Positions 7,880-16,637 of a stretch of 64,000 nt of DNA are shown here, piece after piece. Below the pieces are notes generated by a model, which made no database searches, was not told where the DNA came from, and saw only the letters and a list, made by a program, of their open reading frames with translations. This DNA comes from an uncultured Eubacteriales bacterium (GTDB lineage Bacteria > Bacillota > Clostridia > Oscillospirales > CAG-272): the NCBI GenBank assembly GCA_905187695.1, contig CAJJIY010000005.1, positions 8,546 to 72,545 of the forward strand, read 5' to 3'. Made by a program: the position numbers and the translations under genes. Each line of letters begins with the position of its first letter. Position 1 is the first letter of the stretch.

Positions 7880-10726
7880 ATGAAAAAGCATTTTCGCATT
7901 GCGCTGCTTGCGGTTTTGACTGTCCTCATGGTCGGCCTTCTGGCACTGGCGGTCTGCGCCGCGGAGCCCGCGGAGCCCGCAGATACCGATTTTTATGAGG
8001 TTCTGGATGCCGAAGGTACGCATATCGAGTACAAAGCAACCTTAAAAGATGCGGTTGCCGTGTGTGAGGCAAACGGAACTTACACGATTAAACTTTTAAA
8101 AGATGCAACCGAATCTTCGGTTGCAAACCTGAAAGTTGCGGGCGTTACCGTGACACTGGATGGTAATGGCCACACGATTCAGATGAATAAGAATTTTGCG
8201 GTCACCAAAGCTGTCAATCTGACCATCAAAAATGTCACGATTTCAGCGGCCGACGCGGGCGCAAAATGGTTGTATGTGACTCAGGGTGCGGTCGGCGCTA
8301 CGATTACAATCGAAAGCGGTACATACAGTGGCCTGCTTGACAATGTGAGCGCCTCAATGACGATCAAAGGCGGTTCTTTCTCTGCTTCGGATGTGTGGTT
8401 GGCCATCGGTGCAAAGGCGAACGCTGCCACTGTGACGATCGAAAACGGCGAGTTTAATGGAAAACTGACAAACGACAGCGCAACGCTTGTCATCAAGGGC
8501 GGCGTCTTCAGATCCAGCGGTACATGGAAGACCGTGGATGGGAGTGAGGCGCACAATCCGCTTCAGGAGCCGCTGTTCCAGCCGAATGGCACATGGCTGA
8601 GCATCAGCAAAGTGACTTTCGGTGTGAATGTTACGATTGAAAACGGTACTTTTTATGGCGAACTGAACAATGACGGTGCAGTGCTGGAGATTTCGGGCGG
8701 TACTTTTTATGCGCCCGGCTCGTGGGCTGATGTCGTTGACCCCGTTTTGAATGTAGTTACCGATCAGAGATATTCTACCACCGGCAACTGGCTTACCATT
8801 GGTATCGGTACTGTTGCTCCGAATCCCGAAGAAGGCCAAACGGCTTTGGAAGATGCTCTTTCGACAATTAAGAACGGTACTTTCTACGGTTGCGTTTGCG
8901 GCGGCGGCGGCCCCATTACCATCCTGGGCGGCACCTTTACGAGCAATTACGCCACTGTGCGTAATGCTGAAACAAAAGAGGCGGCGAGCAGTTCTTTTGT
9001 TCAGATTAAGGGCGGTACCTTCACAACGACCGGTGACGCCTGCATCCTGATCTTTAACGGTTCGTTCTCCAAGCAGGCCGACGCGCGTCCGGACAAAGCC
9101 TGTGTTGTGATCGATGGTGGCACATTCATCGGCGGAAGCGGCGGTGTGCTGGACATTCAGGGCACGCCCTATTTCACCCTCATGAGAGATGTGCTGAATG
9201 CCAAAGGCGACTACACCCTGGAAGAGGCGCGCACGCTGATCGAGGAAAAATGCCCGGGCCCGTTCTACAGTGTTGTGGTCAATGACGCCGAAATGATCAA
9301 TGAGACCAACGGCGGAAACTCAAACATTTTCTGGGTCCGTAATGATTCCTGGAACTGCACGCTGATCATCAACGACGGCACTTTCACGCACAGAAACGGT
9401 AGCCGTGGCGGCTTTAATGCGGCCGGTGCGAAAATCATTATCAACGGCGGCGAATTCTCCTCGGATGTGAAAATTGTTTCCGCACACGATGGTGACTGCT
9501 GCTCTCCCATTGAGATCAACGGTGGTACCTTTACGGCGCTCAAGTCGGCTTATGTGCTTTTGCTGACCAGCGGCATTCCGATCGACACGACCAAATATGC
9601 GCTTACCATGATTCTGCCCGAACTTCACGGCCAAGCGCTCATTACTGGCGGCACTTTCTACAGCGAAGCTAAATACTGCATTTCCTTTGGCGATCAGGCT
9701 TCCTTTAGTGACCGGACTTTGACTATTACTGGCGGTACGTTCTCTTCTGGCGGTGATGCGGTCATCCGCGTCCGCCCGAAGACGGAGGGTGATGTCCTGC
9801 CGATTCTGAATATCAAGGGCGGCGTTTTCAGACTCCTGAAGGGCGACAGCACCGATGCCGCGCTGATTTATGACAAAGATAACGCAGCTTTCAACCTTAT
9901 CATTGAGGGCGGTACCTTCATTGACGAGCGCAAGGGCAACAAGGCCATTATCAGCACGATCAGCTCCGGAACGACCTGCAATCTGACCGTTACAGGCGGT
10001 ATCTTCCTGGTGGAGGGCGAGGATCAGGATTACTTCTTCAACACCAAATCGATTAAATCCAACATGGATGCTGATTTTGCTCCGGTCTATCAGTATGAAG
10101 GCAAAGAATACTTCATGTTCTTTATCTTCCCGCTGAAAACCGACACAAAGGTCAGCCCCACGCAGACCGTTGTGGCCCGTGTGGATGCCGAAAATCCAGG
10201 TATCCGCTTTGAAACCACTTTCCCGAAGGCTCAACTGGACGCTCTGAAGGAGAAGTTCGGTGCGGATGCAGTGTTCTCCTACGGTACGATCGTTATGACG
10301 ATGAACACGCTCTTTGATGTCAAGGGAGCCACGCACGAAGCGCTCAAGGCCTATGCCGCAACGAAGGAAAAGACCGATTCGCAGATCTTTGTGGATATTC
10401 CCGCGGTAAAAGGCATTGTTCAGCAGGAAAACGGCGATGTGCTCATTCGTGCTTCGCTGGTCAAGATCAAAGATGCTCACACCACGCAGTTTGTAATTGG
10501 TCTTGCCTATATCAAGGTGACGGTCGGTGAAACGGTAACCTATGTGTATACGGATGCTTCTCCGTCCGGCAACTGCTCCACGATGAGAGGCGTTGCCAAC
10601 GCGGCACTCAACGATGTCAAAATGAAGGCCAATGACCGTTACAAGTTCGGTTCTGAGACCGGCAAGGGCTTCTCGCCTTACTCCAAGGCACAGCAGGAAG
10701 CGCTCAAGAAATTCCTTGGCGCCTGA
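7880..10726 (+). CDS. 948-aa secreted GGxF-repeat (predicted beta-helix) protein with a distinct C-terminal domain
   Basis: ATG 7880 follows AAAGGAGA, and the signal peptide reads MKKHFRIALLAVLTVLMVGLLALAVCAAEP. About 17 [IV]x[IV]xGGxF units are present (TIKGGSF, VIKGGVF, EISGGTF, ILGGTF, QIKGGTF, VIDGGTF, IINGGEF, EINGGTF and others). The N-terminal cap is homologous to that of 2106..7541. Confidence 0.85.
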   Translation: MKKHFRIALLAVLTVLMVGLLALAVCAAEPAEPADTDFYEVLDAEGTHIEYKATLKDAVAVCEANGTYTIKLLKDATESSVANLKVAGVTVTLDGNGHTIQMNKNFAVTKAVNLTIKNVTISAADAGAKWLYVTQGAVGATITIESGTYSGLLDNVSASMTIKGGSFSASDVWLAIGAKANAATVTIENGEFNGKLTNDSATLVIKGGVFRSSGTWKTVDGSEAHNPLQEPLFQPNGTWLSISKVTFGVNVTIENGTFYGELNNDGAVLEISGGTFYAPGSWADVVDPVLNVVTDQRYSTTGNWLTIGIGTVAPNPEEGQTALEDALSTIKNGTFYGCVCGGGGPITILGGTFTSNYATVRNAETKEAASSSFVQIKGGTFTTTGDACILIFNGSFSKQADARPDKACVVIDGGTFIGGSGGVLDIQGTPYFTLMRDVLNAKGDYTLEEARTLIEEKCPGPFYSVVVNDAEMINETNGGNSNIFWVRNDSWNCTLIINDGTFTHRNGSRGGFNAAGAKIIINGGEFSSDVKIVSAHDGDCCSPIEINGGTFTALKSAYVLLLTSGIPIDTTKYALTMILPELHGQALITGGTFYSEAKYCISFGDQASFSDRTLTITGGTFSSGGDAVIRVRPKTEGDVLPILNIKGGVFRLLKGDSTDAALIYDKDNAAFNLIIEGGTFIDERKGNKAIISTISSGTTCNLTVTGGIFLVEGEDQDYFFNTKSIKSNMDADFAPVYQYEGKEYFMFFIFPLKTDTKVSPTQTVVARVDAENPGIRFETTFPKAQLDALKEKFGADAVFSYGTIVMTMNTLFDVKGATHEALKAYAATKEKTDSQIFVDIPAVKGIVQQENGDVLIRASLVKIKDAHTTQFVIGLAYIKVTVGETVTYVYTDASPSGNCSTMRGVANAALNDVKMKANDRYKFGSETGKGFSPYSKAQQEALKKFLGA

Positions 10727-10743
10727 TTAAACATTTAACCCTG

Positions 10744-10778
10744 AAACGGGCTGTTGCAAACGCAACAGCCCGTTTTTT
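10744..10778 (+). terminator. Rho-independent terminator
   Basis: A 14-bp stem pairs AAACGGGCTGTTGC with GCAACAGCCCGTTT and is followed by a T-run. Confidence 0.85.
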
Positions 10779-10887
10779 CCTTACCTGAAAAATTCGGCAA
10801 GGTTCTCCTGAATTTTCCAATTTCTGAATAAGAGCGTCCTTTTTCGGTTATTCTTTCTGTATCCAAAAGATGATGGAGGAACTTGTC

Positions 10888-11499
10888 ATGCGCAAAACTT
10901 TAGGATTTCTGATGGCAATCATGCTTTTGCTTGCCGCCTTTTTGATTATACCGATTCACGGTGAAGCGGCTATTTATGACAGCGTCATACGGTTGCATAT
11001 TCTTGCAAATTCAGACAGTGAGGAAGATCAGGCGTTGAAACTGACAGTCCGGGATGCGCTGCTTGTTAAAATCAGCGCAATGCTTGAAAATACAAAAACG
11101 CGCGAAGAGGCCGCCGAGGTAATCGGCGCTTCACTGGAGGAATTGCGTGAAAACGCAAAAGAAACACTGAAAAAGGCGGAGTCCGATGCAGATGTAAGCG
11201 TCCGTCTTTGCTATGAAAAATATCCCACGCGCTATTACGAAACGCTGGCTTTTCCCGCCGGGGAATATCTTTCTCTTCAGGTCCGGATCGGAGAGGCCGC
11301 CGGGAAGAATTGGTGGTGCGTACTGTTTCCTCCGCTTTGCCTTTCGGCGGCAACTTCTGAAAACGAGACGGAAATGGCTTTCCTTTCTGCCGGATTGACC
11401 GAGGAACAATATAAGATCATTACGGACAGCGATTCGCCGCGTTATAAACTTCGTTTTAAAATTCTTGAAATTGCGGAAGAAGCATTGGACGGAAAGTAA
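10888..11499 (+). CDS. spoIIR: Stage II sporulation protein R
   Basis: SpoIIR hallmarks are present: IRLHILANSDSEEDQALKLTVRDALL and NWWCVLFPPLCL, plus an N-terminal signal/TM segment. ATG 10888 lies 6 nt after GGAGGAA; the track start at 10870 is less likely. Confidence 0.85.
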   Translation: MRKTLGFLMAIMLLLAAFLIIPIHGEAAIYDSVIRLHILANSDSEEDQALKLTVRDALLVKISAMLENTKTREEAAEVIGASLEELRENAKETLKKAESDADVSVRLCYEKYPTRYYETLAFPAGEYLSLQVRIGEAAGKNWWCVLFPPLCLSAATSENETEMAFLSAGLTEEQYKIITDSDSPRYKLRFKILEIAEEALDGK

Positions 11500-11629
11500 A
11501 CGGGTTCTTTTTCGTTCTTTCCTCTCGTAAAATAAAAGTGGGAGAGGAAGCACCATTTTAAAAACGATCATTTTATGGCATTCTCCCGAAAACGGCAGCT
11601 GTTATTGAACGGCACTTAAAGGGGGAAAA

Positions 11630-12616
11630 ATGAAGATTCGGATCGGTATTTTCGGATATGGAAATCTTGGACGCGCGGCGGCGTTTGCAGTACGCGCACA
11701 GGAGGATATGACGCTGGCGGGAGTTTTCAGCCGTCGCGATCCCGAAATGATTCCGGACAAAGTGCCGGATGTTCCTTTTTTTCCGGCAACGATGCTTTTT
11801 GGCGAAAATACGCCCACAAAAATGGATGTATTACTGCTTTGCGGCGGCAGCGCACAAGATTTGCCGGCGCAAACGCCGGTGCTGGCCAGGCGCTTTTGCG
11901 TCATTGACAGTTTTGATACACATGCGGCCGCCTTGGCGCATTTTTTGAGGGTTGAAGCGGCCGCACGCGCCGGCGATCGGCTTGCGTTTGTTTCGGTTGG
12001 CTGGGATCCGGGTCTCTTTTCGCTTTTCCGTGCCCTTTCACAGGCCGTACTGCCATCGGGAGAAAGCTATACTTTTTGGGGATACGGCGTCAGTCAGGGT
12101 CATTCGGAAGCGATCCGGCATTTGTCGGGAGTCAAAGCCGCGCGTGCTTATACAATTCCTTGCGAATCTATGCTTGCGCAGGTCTCGGCCGGAGAGAGAC
12201 CTGCACCGGCCCGGATGCTGCACCATCGGCTTTGTTTTGTGGTGGCTGAGGATGGCGCAAATCAAGCGGAGATTGTCCGGGAAATTCAGGCTATCCCGCA
12301 TTATTTCAAGGATGATGAGACCGAGGTGCGTTTTGTCACTCCGGAAACATTTCTTCGTGAACACAGCGCGCTGCCACACGCAGGCCATGTCATCCGGAAC
12401 GGTGTCTGTGCGCAGGAAGCGGCGAGTGCTCAAATGCGATTCGATCTTGCGCTGGCTTCCAACCCTGCCTTTACCGGTTCGATCTTGGTGGCCTATGCGC
12501 GTGCACTTTTCCGCCTTTATCAACGCGGGGAGCGTGGCTGTCGTACAGTACTGGATGTTCCGCCGGCGCTTCTTTTACCTATGAGCGCAGATGACGCACG
12601 CAAAAAATTTTTATAA
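11630..12616 (+). CDS. ddh: meso-Diaminopimelate D-dehydrogenase
   Basis: It aligns along its length with the Corynebacterium Ddh sequence as I recall it: IGIFGYGNLGR, SVGWDPGLFS, FWGYGVSQGHSEAIR, MPHAGHVI. Confidence 0.9.
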   Translation: MKIRIGIFGYGNLGRAAAFAVRAQEDMTLAGVFSRRDPEMIPDKVPDVPFFPATMLFGENTPTKMDVLLLCGGSAQDLPAQTPVLARRFCVIDSFDTHAAALAHFLRVEAAARAGDRLAFVSVGWDPGLFSLFRALSQAVLPSGESYTFWGYGVSQGHSEAIRHLSGVKAARAYTIPCESMLAQVSAGERPAPARMLHHRLCFVVAEDGANQAEIVREIQAIPHYFKDDETEVRFVTPETFLREHSALPHAGHVIRNGVCAQEAASAQMRFDLALASNPAFTGSILVAYARALFRLYQRGERGCRTVLDVPPALLLPMSADDARKKFL

Positions 12617-12623
12617 ATGAAAC

Positions 12624-12656
12624 AGACGGCATCTCCCTTTGCGGGTGATGCCGTCT
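12624..12656. terminator. Bidirectional hairpin between convergent ddh and 12675..14567
   Basis: AGACGGCATC pairs with GATGCCGTCT around an inner CCC/GGG pair. The flank on the minus-strand side is U-rich. Confidence 0.6.
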
Positions 12657-12674
12657 TGATCTTTATGTGGTTTT

Positions 12675-14567
12675 TTATTTCTTTTTGCACCGATACATCA
12701 AAAGCTGCATGAAGAGCCCTCCCTGCACCGAACGATGCTGAAAGCTGACTTCGCGGGCCGAAACCGTGTCAAACCAGTCGGTCAGCGGCACGCGCGATTC
12801 CGAATCGTTGTAAGCTTGCCAGAGCGGCGCAATAAAACTTTCAAAATCTGCTTTGTTTTCGGTCATAGCGGCCACCCAGATCCACCAGTCGGATTTGGTA
12901 TAATCGGCACGGCTGTCCAGCGGTAATCCATAGGCGTTGAAATGTTTCCGGTTGTTTTGAAGTTCCGCTTTCCTGAATTCGTCCGGAAAAAGCCCGGTGT
13001 TCCACAATTTGTCCCAGACCATATTATATTTCATGGCAAAAGTTCCGGGGCGGTCAAAAGCAAGGCGGGATTCGCCGGTTTCATCCAAAGCGTTTTCCAT
13101 CCAGTGAGCGGCCATTTCTTTGGCTTTCTGATGATAGTCTATGGCCGCCTTTTCGTCATTGTTCATCCGGCAAAGAACCGACATTCCCATAATTCCCATG
13201 ATGGCCTTGAGCGACAGATTACAGTTGTGCGCCAGGTGGCCCGCAAAGTCATCCGTGCAAAGCTGGTTTTCGGGGTCTGCGCCGTATTTCAGAAGATAAC
13301 CGCACCACTTTTTCAGCGTGTCTATGTGCGAGCGCGCAAAATCGATCGAGCCGGTGGTAATTGCTACGGCCGCTTCCATGATTAGCATGTTACCGCACTC
13401 TTCCACGGGCATTTGCATTTCCGGCGCGTTGTTTCCGTAGACCTGCCCGTTCAGCAGCGGATACTGACCGACATCGTGCGGTGCAAACGAAAATTGCCAT
13501 GCGTCGGAGAGCGCATAACGATAGATCGGGCGCAACATTCCCTTGATCAGTTCCGGGTCATAGAGCAGAAACATCGGGCAGGAAGGATAGCTGATATCCA
13601 CGGTCGCGGCGCATCCGTTGCTGAAACATTCCTTGGAGATGAAAAGAATTTCGCCGTTTTCATCCAGAACCAGTTTGTGTGCGGCAATGACCTGACGGCA
13701 AGCAAGCGCGAGCAGTTCGGCATATTTGGAGCCGCCCGCGGCTTTGGCGTCCCGGCAGAGTTTCTGGGAAAAACGGTCGCACAGAGCCTTCACTTTTTCA
13801 TATTCTCCGGCGGCCTCGGCAATGGCGGCCTCAATGCTCATGCCGTCTTTGCGCCAAAAAGAACGAAGCGGCTTTCCAAAGTATTCTATACTTTCAATAT
13901 CGTCATAGGCAAAAAGAAACAGCACCTTTGTGTCGGGATCAGCTGCAGTTTCGGCCTCAATATTCCGGCCGTGATAGGATTTTTCCCTCAATGCAGGATT
14001 TGGCGCGGCCACGGCTAAGTAAAAATAGCCCCAGTCAATGCGCACATCGTCTCCGCTCTGATGGAGCGGCTTTTGCACACTGTTACCCATCCGGATGGCG
14101 CGGATATCCGGCGCAATCTGTACTTCGTCAACGGTGACGGGGCTTTGCCCCGCGTGATTCAGGCAAAGCGTTTCTCTGGCGAGGATATTAAAACGGACCT
14201 TGTGCGCTTTTCCGTCCTTCACCGAATAAGAGAGACAGAGATAAGAGACCGGGCGGGTGAGCCGGTGATAATCTTTCGGCAGCAAGGGTGTGGTAAATGC
14301 GGCGCGAAGCACAATTTCATCATTTTCCAGAACCACGGTTGTTGTCAGTGCGTCAATATCAAGAGAGATCTGTCGCATTTTGTGAAGATCGCGGTGATAA
14401 CCGAAGAAAGAATAGGGCTTTCCGTCGACCGTTACAATACCCAGTAACTGATTGGGTTTGCCCGTCCAGTGAATAGTTGGAGCGGTGTTCAGCGTTGTAG
14501 TGGGCGACCAGACCGAAAAATAGGGGTCTACTGTGATGAGCGGAATGGCAGGTGCGCGCAGCTTCAT
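12675..14567 (-). CDS. GtaA-like glutaminase family protein (DUF4965/DUF1793-type six-hairpin fold), cytoplasmic
   Basis: This is a long conserved-looking ORF. The N-terminus LRAPAIPLITVDPYFSVWS is typical of this family as I recall it. The track start at 14576 is TTG; ATG 14567 sits 9 nt after GAGG. Confidence 0.7.
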   Translation of the reverse strand: MKLRAPAIPLITVDPYFSVWSPTTTLNTAPTIHWTGKPNQLLGIVTVDGKPYSFFGYHRDLHKMRQISLDIDALTTTVVLENDEIVLRAAFTTPLLPKDYHRLTRPVSYLCLSYSVKDGKAHKVRFNILARETLCLNHAGQSPVTVDEVQIAPDIRAIRMGNSVQKPLHQSGDDVRIDWGYFYLAVAAPNPALREKSYHGRNIEAETAADPDTKVLFLFAYDDIESIEYFGKPLRSFWRKDGMSIEAAIAEAAGEYEKVKALCDRFSQKLCRDAKAAGGSKYAELLALACRQVIAAHKLVLDENGEILFISKECFSNGCAATVDISYPSCPMFLLYDPELIKGMLRPIYRYALSDAWQFSFAPHDVGQYPLLNGQVYGNNAPEMQMPVEECGNMLIMEAAVAITTGSIDFARSHIDTLKKWCGYLLKYGADPENQLCTDDFAGHLAHNCNLSLKAIMGIMGMSVLCRMNNDEKAAIDYHQKAKEMAAHWMENALDETGESRLAFDRPGTFAMKYNMVWDKLWNTGLFPDEFRKAELQNNRKHFNAYGLPLDSRADYTKSDWWIWVAAMTENKADFESFIAPLWQAYNDSESRVPLTDWFDTVSAREVSFQHRSVQGGLFMQLLMYRCKKK

Positions 14568-14815
14568 TTCATTCAACCTCGTTCATAAAGAATTATATCC
14601 GGCAACGATACAAATTTATTATATCGAAAATACGGCGGTTGTCAATAGCGAATGGTGAGCATGATTCTGTTTTTGAAAAGTCGGAAATGGTCGGGGAATT
14701 AGTGAAAATAAAAAATATAAAAGAAGAAAAAACAAATTTAATATTGGAAAATAATATATAAAAAATAGAATTTTTAAAAAATTGTCAGTTTTTGCGGAAA
14801 TTTTGCTTTTTAGAA

Positions 14816-14844
14816 TTGACAAAGAGCCCCCCGAGTGCTATAGT
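14816..14844 (+). promoter_or_regulatory. Sigma-A-type promoter for mscL
   Basis: TTGACA (14816-14821), a 17-nt spacer and TATAGT (14839-14844), downstream of a long A/T-rich tract. Confidence 0.65.
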
Positions 14845-14888
14845 AATGATAAGAGTGCTTAATATCAGAAAGGAAAGGACGAAAGACA

Positions 14889-15509
14889 ATGGGAAAAGAA
14901 GACATGGCGGTGTTGGAAGAACGGATCAAAAACGGCGAACGCGCCGAAAAAGAAAGAAAGGCAAAGGAAATGAAGAAAAAAATCAAAAAGAAGGGCGATG
15001 GATTTTTTAAGGATTTCCGGAAATTTATCACAAAGGGCAATGTGTTGGATCTGGCGGTTGCCGTGGTCATCGGCAATGCTTTCAACGCGATCGTCAACGG
15101 GCTTGTAAAGTTCATTATCAACCCGGTCATTTCGGTTCTGACCGGCGGCGTAAGTCTGGATGGCTGGAAAACCGTGCTGGTGGAAGAAACCGAAACCAAA
15201 GCTGAGGTGGCCATTTTCTGGGGTGAGTGGATCATGACGATCTTCAATTTCCTTATTATCGCGTTGTGCATTTTCACAGCGGTCCGCATGATTAATAAGG
15301 CCACCAATGTGTTGCGCTACAAGGAACTGGAAGAAGAAAAAGCTGCAGCCGAGAAGAAAAAGGCCGAGGAAGAAGCGAAGAAATTGGCAGAAGAGGCCGC
15401 GGCCAAAGCGGCGGCTGAAGAAGCGGCGCGCAAGGAAGCGGCGCTGGAGCAGTTTTACCGCAATGTCGAGCGGCAAACCGCCCTGCTGGAAGAGATTTCA
15501 AAGAAATAA
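14889..15509 (+). CDS. mscL: Large-conductance mechanosensitive channel with a long Lys/Glu/Ala-rich C-terminal extension
   Basis: The MscL core reads FKDFRKFITKGNVLDLAVAVVIGNAFNAIVNGLVKFIINP. An alternative start is ATG 14970 (MKKKIKKKGDGFF). Confidence 0.85.
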   Translation: MGKEDMAVLEERIKNGERAEKERKAKEMKKKIKKKGDGFFKDFRKFITKGNVLDLAVAVVIGNAFNAIVNGLVKFIINPVISVLTGGVSLDGWKTVLVEETETKAEVAIFWGEWIMTIFNFLIIALCIFTAVRMINKATNVLRYKELEEEKAAAEKKKAEEEAKKLAEEAAAKAAAEEAARKEAALEQFYRNVERQTALLEEISKK

Positions 15510-15522
15510 TAAAATAATTTTC

Positions 15523-15564
15523 AAAATGCCGGTCGTCTTTTGCGATGATCGGCATTTTCTTTTG
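15523..15564 (+). terminator. Terminator after mscL
   Basis: AAAATGCCGGTC pairs with GATCGGCATTTT (one mismatch), followed by CTTTTG. Confidence 0.6.
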
Positions 15565-15698
15565 TATATGCGTCATGCGTCAGTGGAAAAGAGGAATTTC
15601 CGGTGTTCTCATGGGCGGGACCGGTCGCATTTTGCCTTTTTGCGGCATATTCTGTCAATGCGGGGAATCTCCGCAATAAGCATAAAGGAAGGCATTTG

Positions 15699-16523
15699 AT
15701 GATGGCTACCATTACCAATCAGGGCACTCTGTTGTATACGCCTGCGGGCGGCACACAGGTTTCTCTGAATTCCAATACCACCAGCACGGAACTGGATATC
15801 ACCTACGGATTGGATGTTCAGCACGGCGTCACCCCCAGCACCTATACACCGGGCGATACGGTGCTTTATACCGTGCTTCTCAAAAATACCGGCACCGGAA
15901 CGCTTTACGCGCCGCAGATCAGCGTGGATCTTGCAGGCGGTGCGCTTTCTTACACGGAAGGCAGTGCGGTGGCTTTCCAGTCGGGCACGAACGATGTGGT
16001 CCCAATTCCGGTTACGGTCACGCCGAACGGTTCCGGGGTGATATTCGGATTCAACACCACCCTGCCTGAAGGCGGTCTGATTTATCTCAACTACAACGCA
16101 ACGGTCGCGGCCGGCAGCACCGGAAACCTGGTTTCTACCGCAACCGGTACGGCCAACGAAGGCTCCGTGACCGGCACGGCCACGAGCGACAGCGACACGG
16201 CCACGATCACACTGACGCTTCTTTCGTTGACCAAAACCGCGCCGGCGAGCGCCAATGTCGGCGATACGATCTCCTATGTTTTCACCATGCGCAATAACTC
16301 TACCGGCGCGATCGCGATGGATCGCCTGAGTGATCAGTTGCCCGCCAATTTCACTTTCGGCAGTGTCACGCTGACTGTGGGCGGAACGCCGGTTGCACTG
16401 ACGGAGGGCACCGATTATTCCGTGACCACCGGCAATCTCTTCACGCTTTCTCCTGCGGCGGCTGTCAGCATTCCCGCCGGCGGGAATGCGATCCTGACCG
16501 TGACCGGTACAATCACGGCCTGA
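15699..16523 (+). CDS. DUF11 (conserved repeat domain) protein, two repeats, no signal peptide
   Basis: ATGATG at 15699 lies 6 nt after AAAGGAAGG. Two repeat units are visible: TPGDTVLYTVLLKNTGTGTLYAP and NVGDTISYVFTMRNNSTGAIAMD. The N-terminus MMATITNQGTLLY is typical of DUF11 proteins. Confidence 0.7.
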   Translation: MMATITNQGTLLYTPAGGTQVSLNSNTTSTELDITYGLDVQHGVTPSTYTPGDTVLYTVLLKNTGTGTLYAPQISVDLAGGALSYTEGSAVAFQSGTNDVVPIPVTVTPNGSGVIFGFNTTLPEGGLIYLNYNATVAAGSTGNLVSTATGTANEGSVTGTATSDSDTATITLTLLSLTKTAPASANVGDTISYVFTMRNNSTGAIAMDRLSDQLPANFTFGSVTLTVGGTPVALTEGTDYSVTTGNLFTLSPAAAVSIPAGGNAILTVTGTITA

Positions 16524-16530
16524 TTTTCCG

Positions 16531-16558
16531 GCTCCGGGGCGTTTGCCCCGGAGCTTTT
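16531..16558 (+). terminator. Rho-independent terminator
   Basis: GCTCCGGGGC pairs with GCCCCGGAGC around a GTTT loop, followed by TTTT. Confidence 0.8.
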
Positions 16559-16560
16559 CC

Positions 16561-16589
16561 TTGACAGCGCCCGGAATATATGATATGAT
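16561..16589 (+). promoter_or_regulatory. Sigma-A-type promoter for the yegP-like gene
   Basis: TTGACA (16561-16566), a 17-nt spacer and TATGAT (16584-16589). Confidence 0.65.
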
Positions 16590-16637
16590 GAAAAAGCAAT
16601 GAGATAAACCGCTCAGTGGAAAGAAGGAGGCCGGAAA

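Noticed and set aside
11952-12584. 210-aa plus-strand and 161-aa minus-strand ORFs inside ddh
   Set aside because: They are alternative frames of a gene that aligns end-to-end with known Ddh, so they are non-coding.
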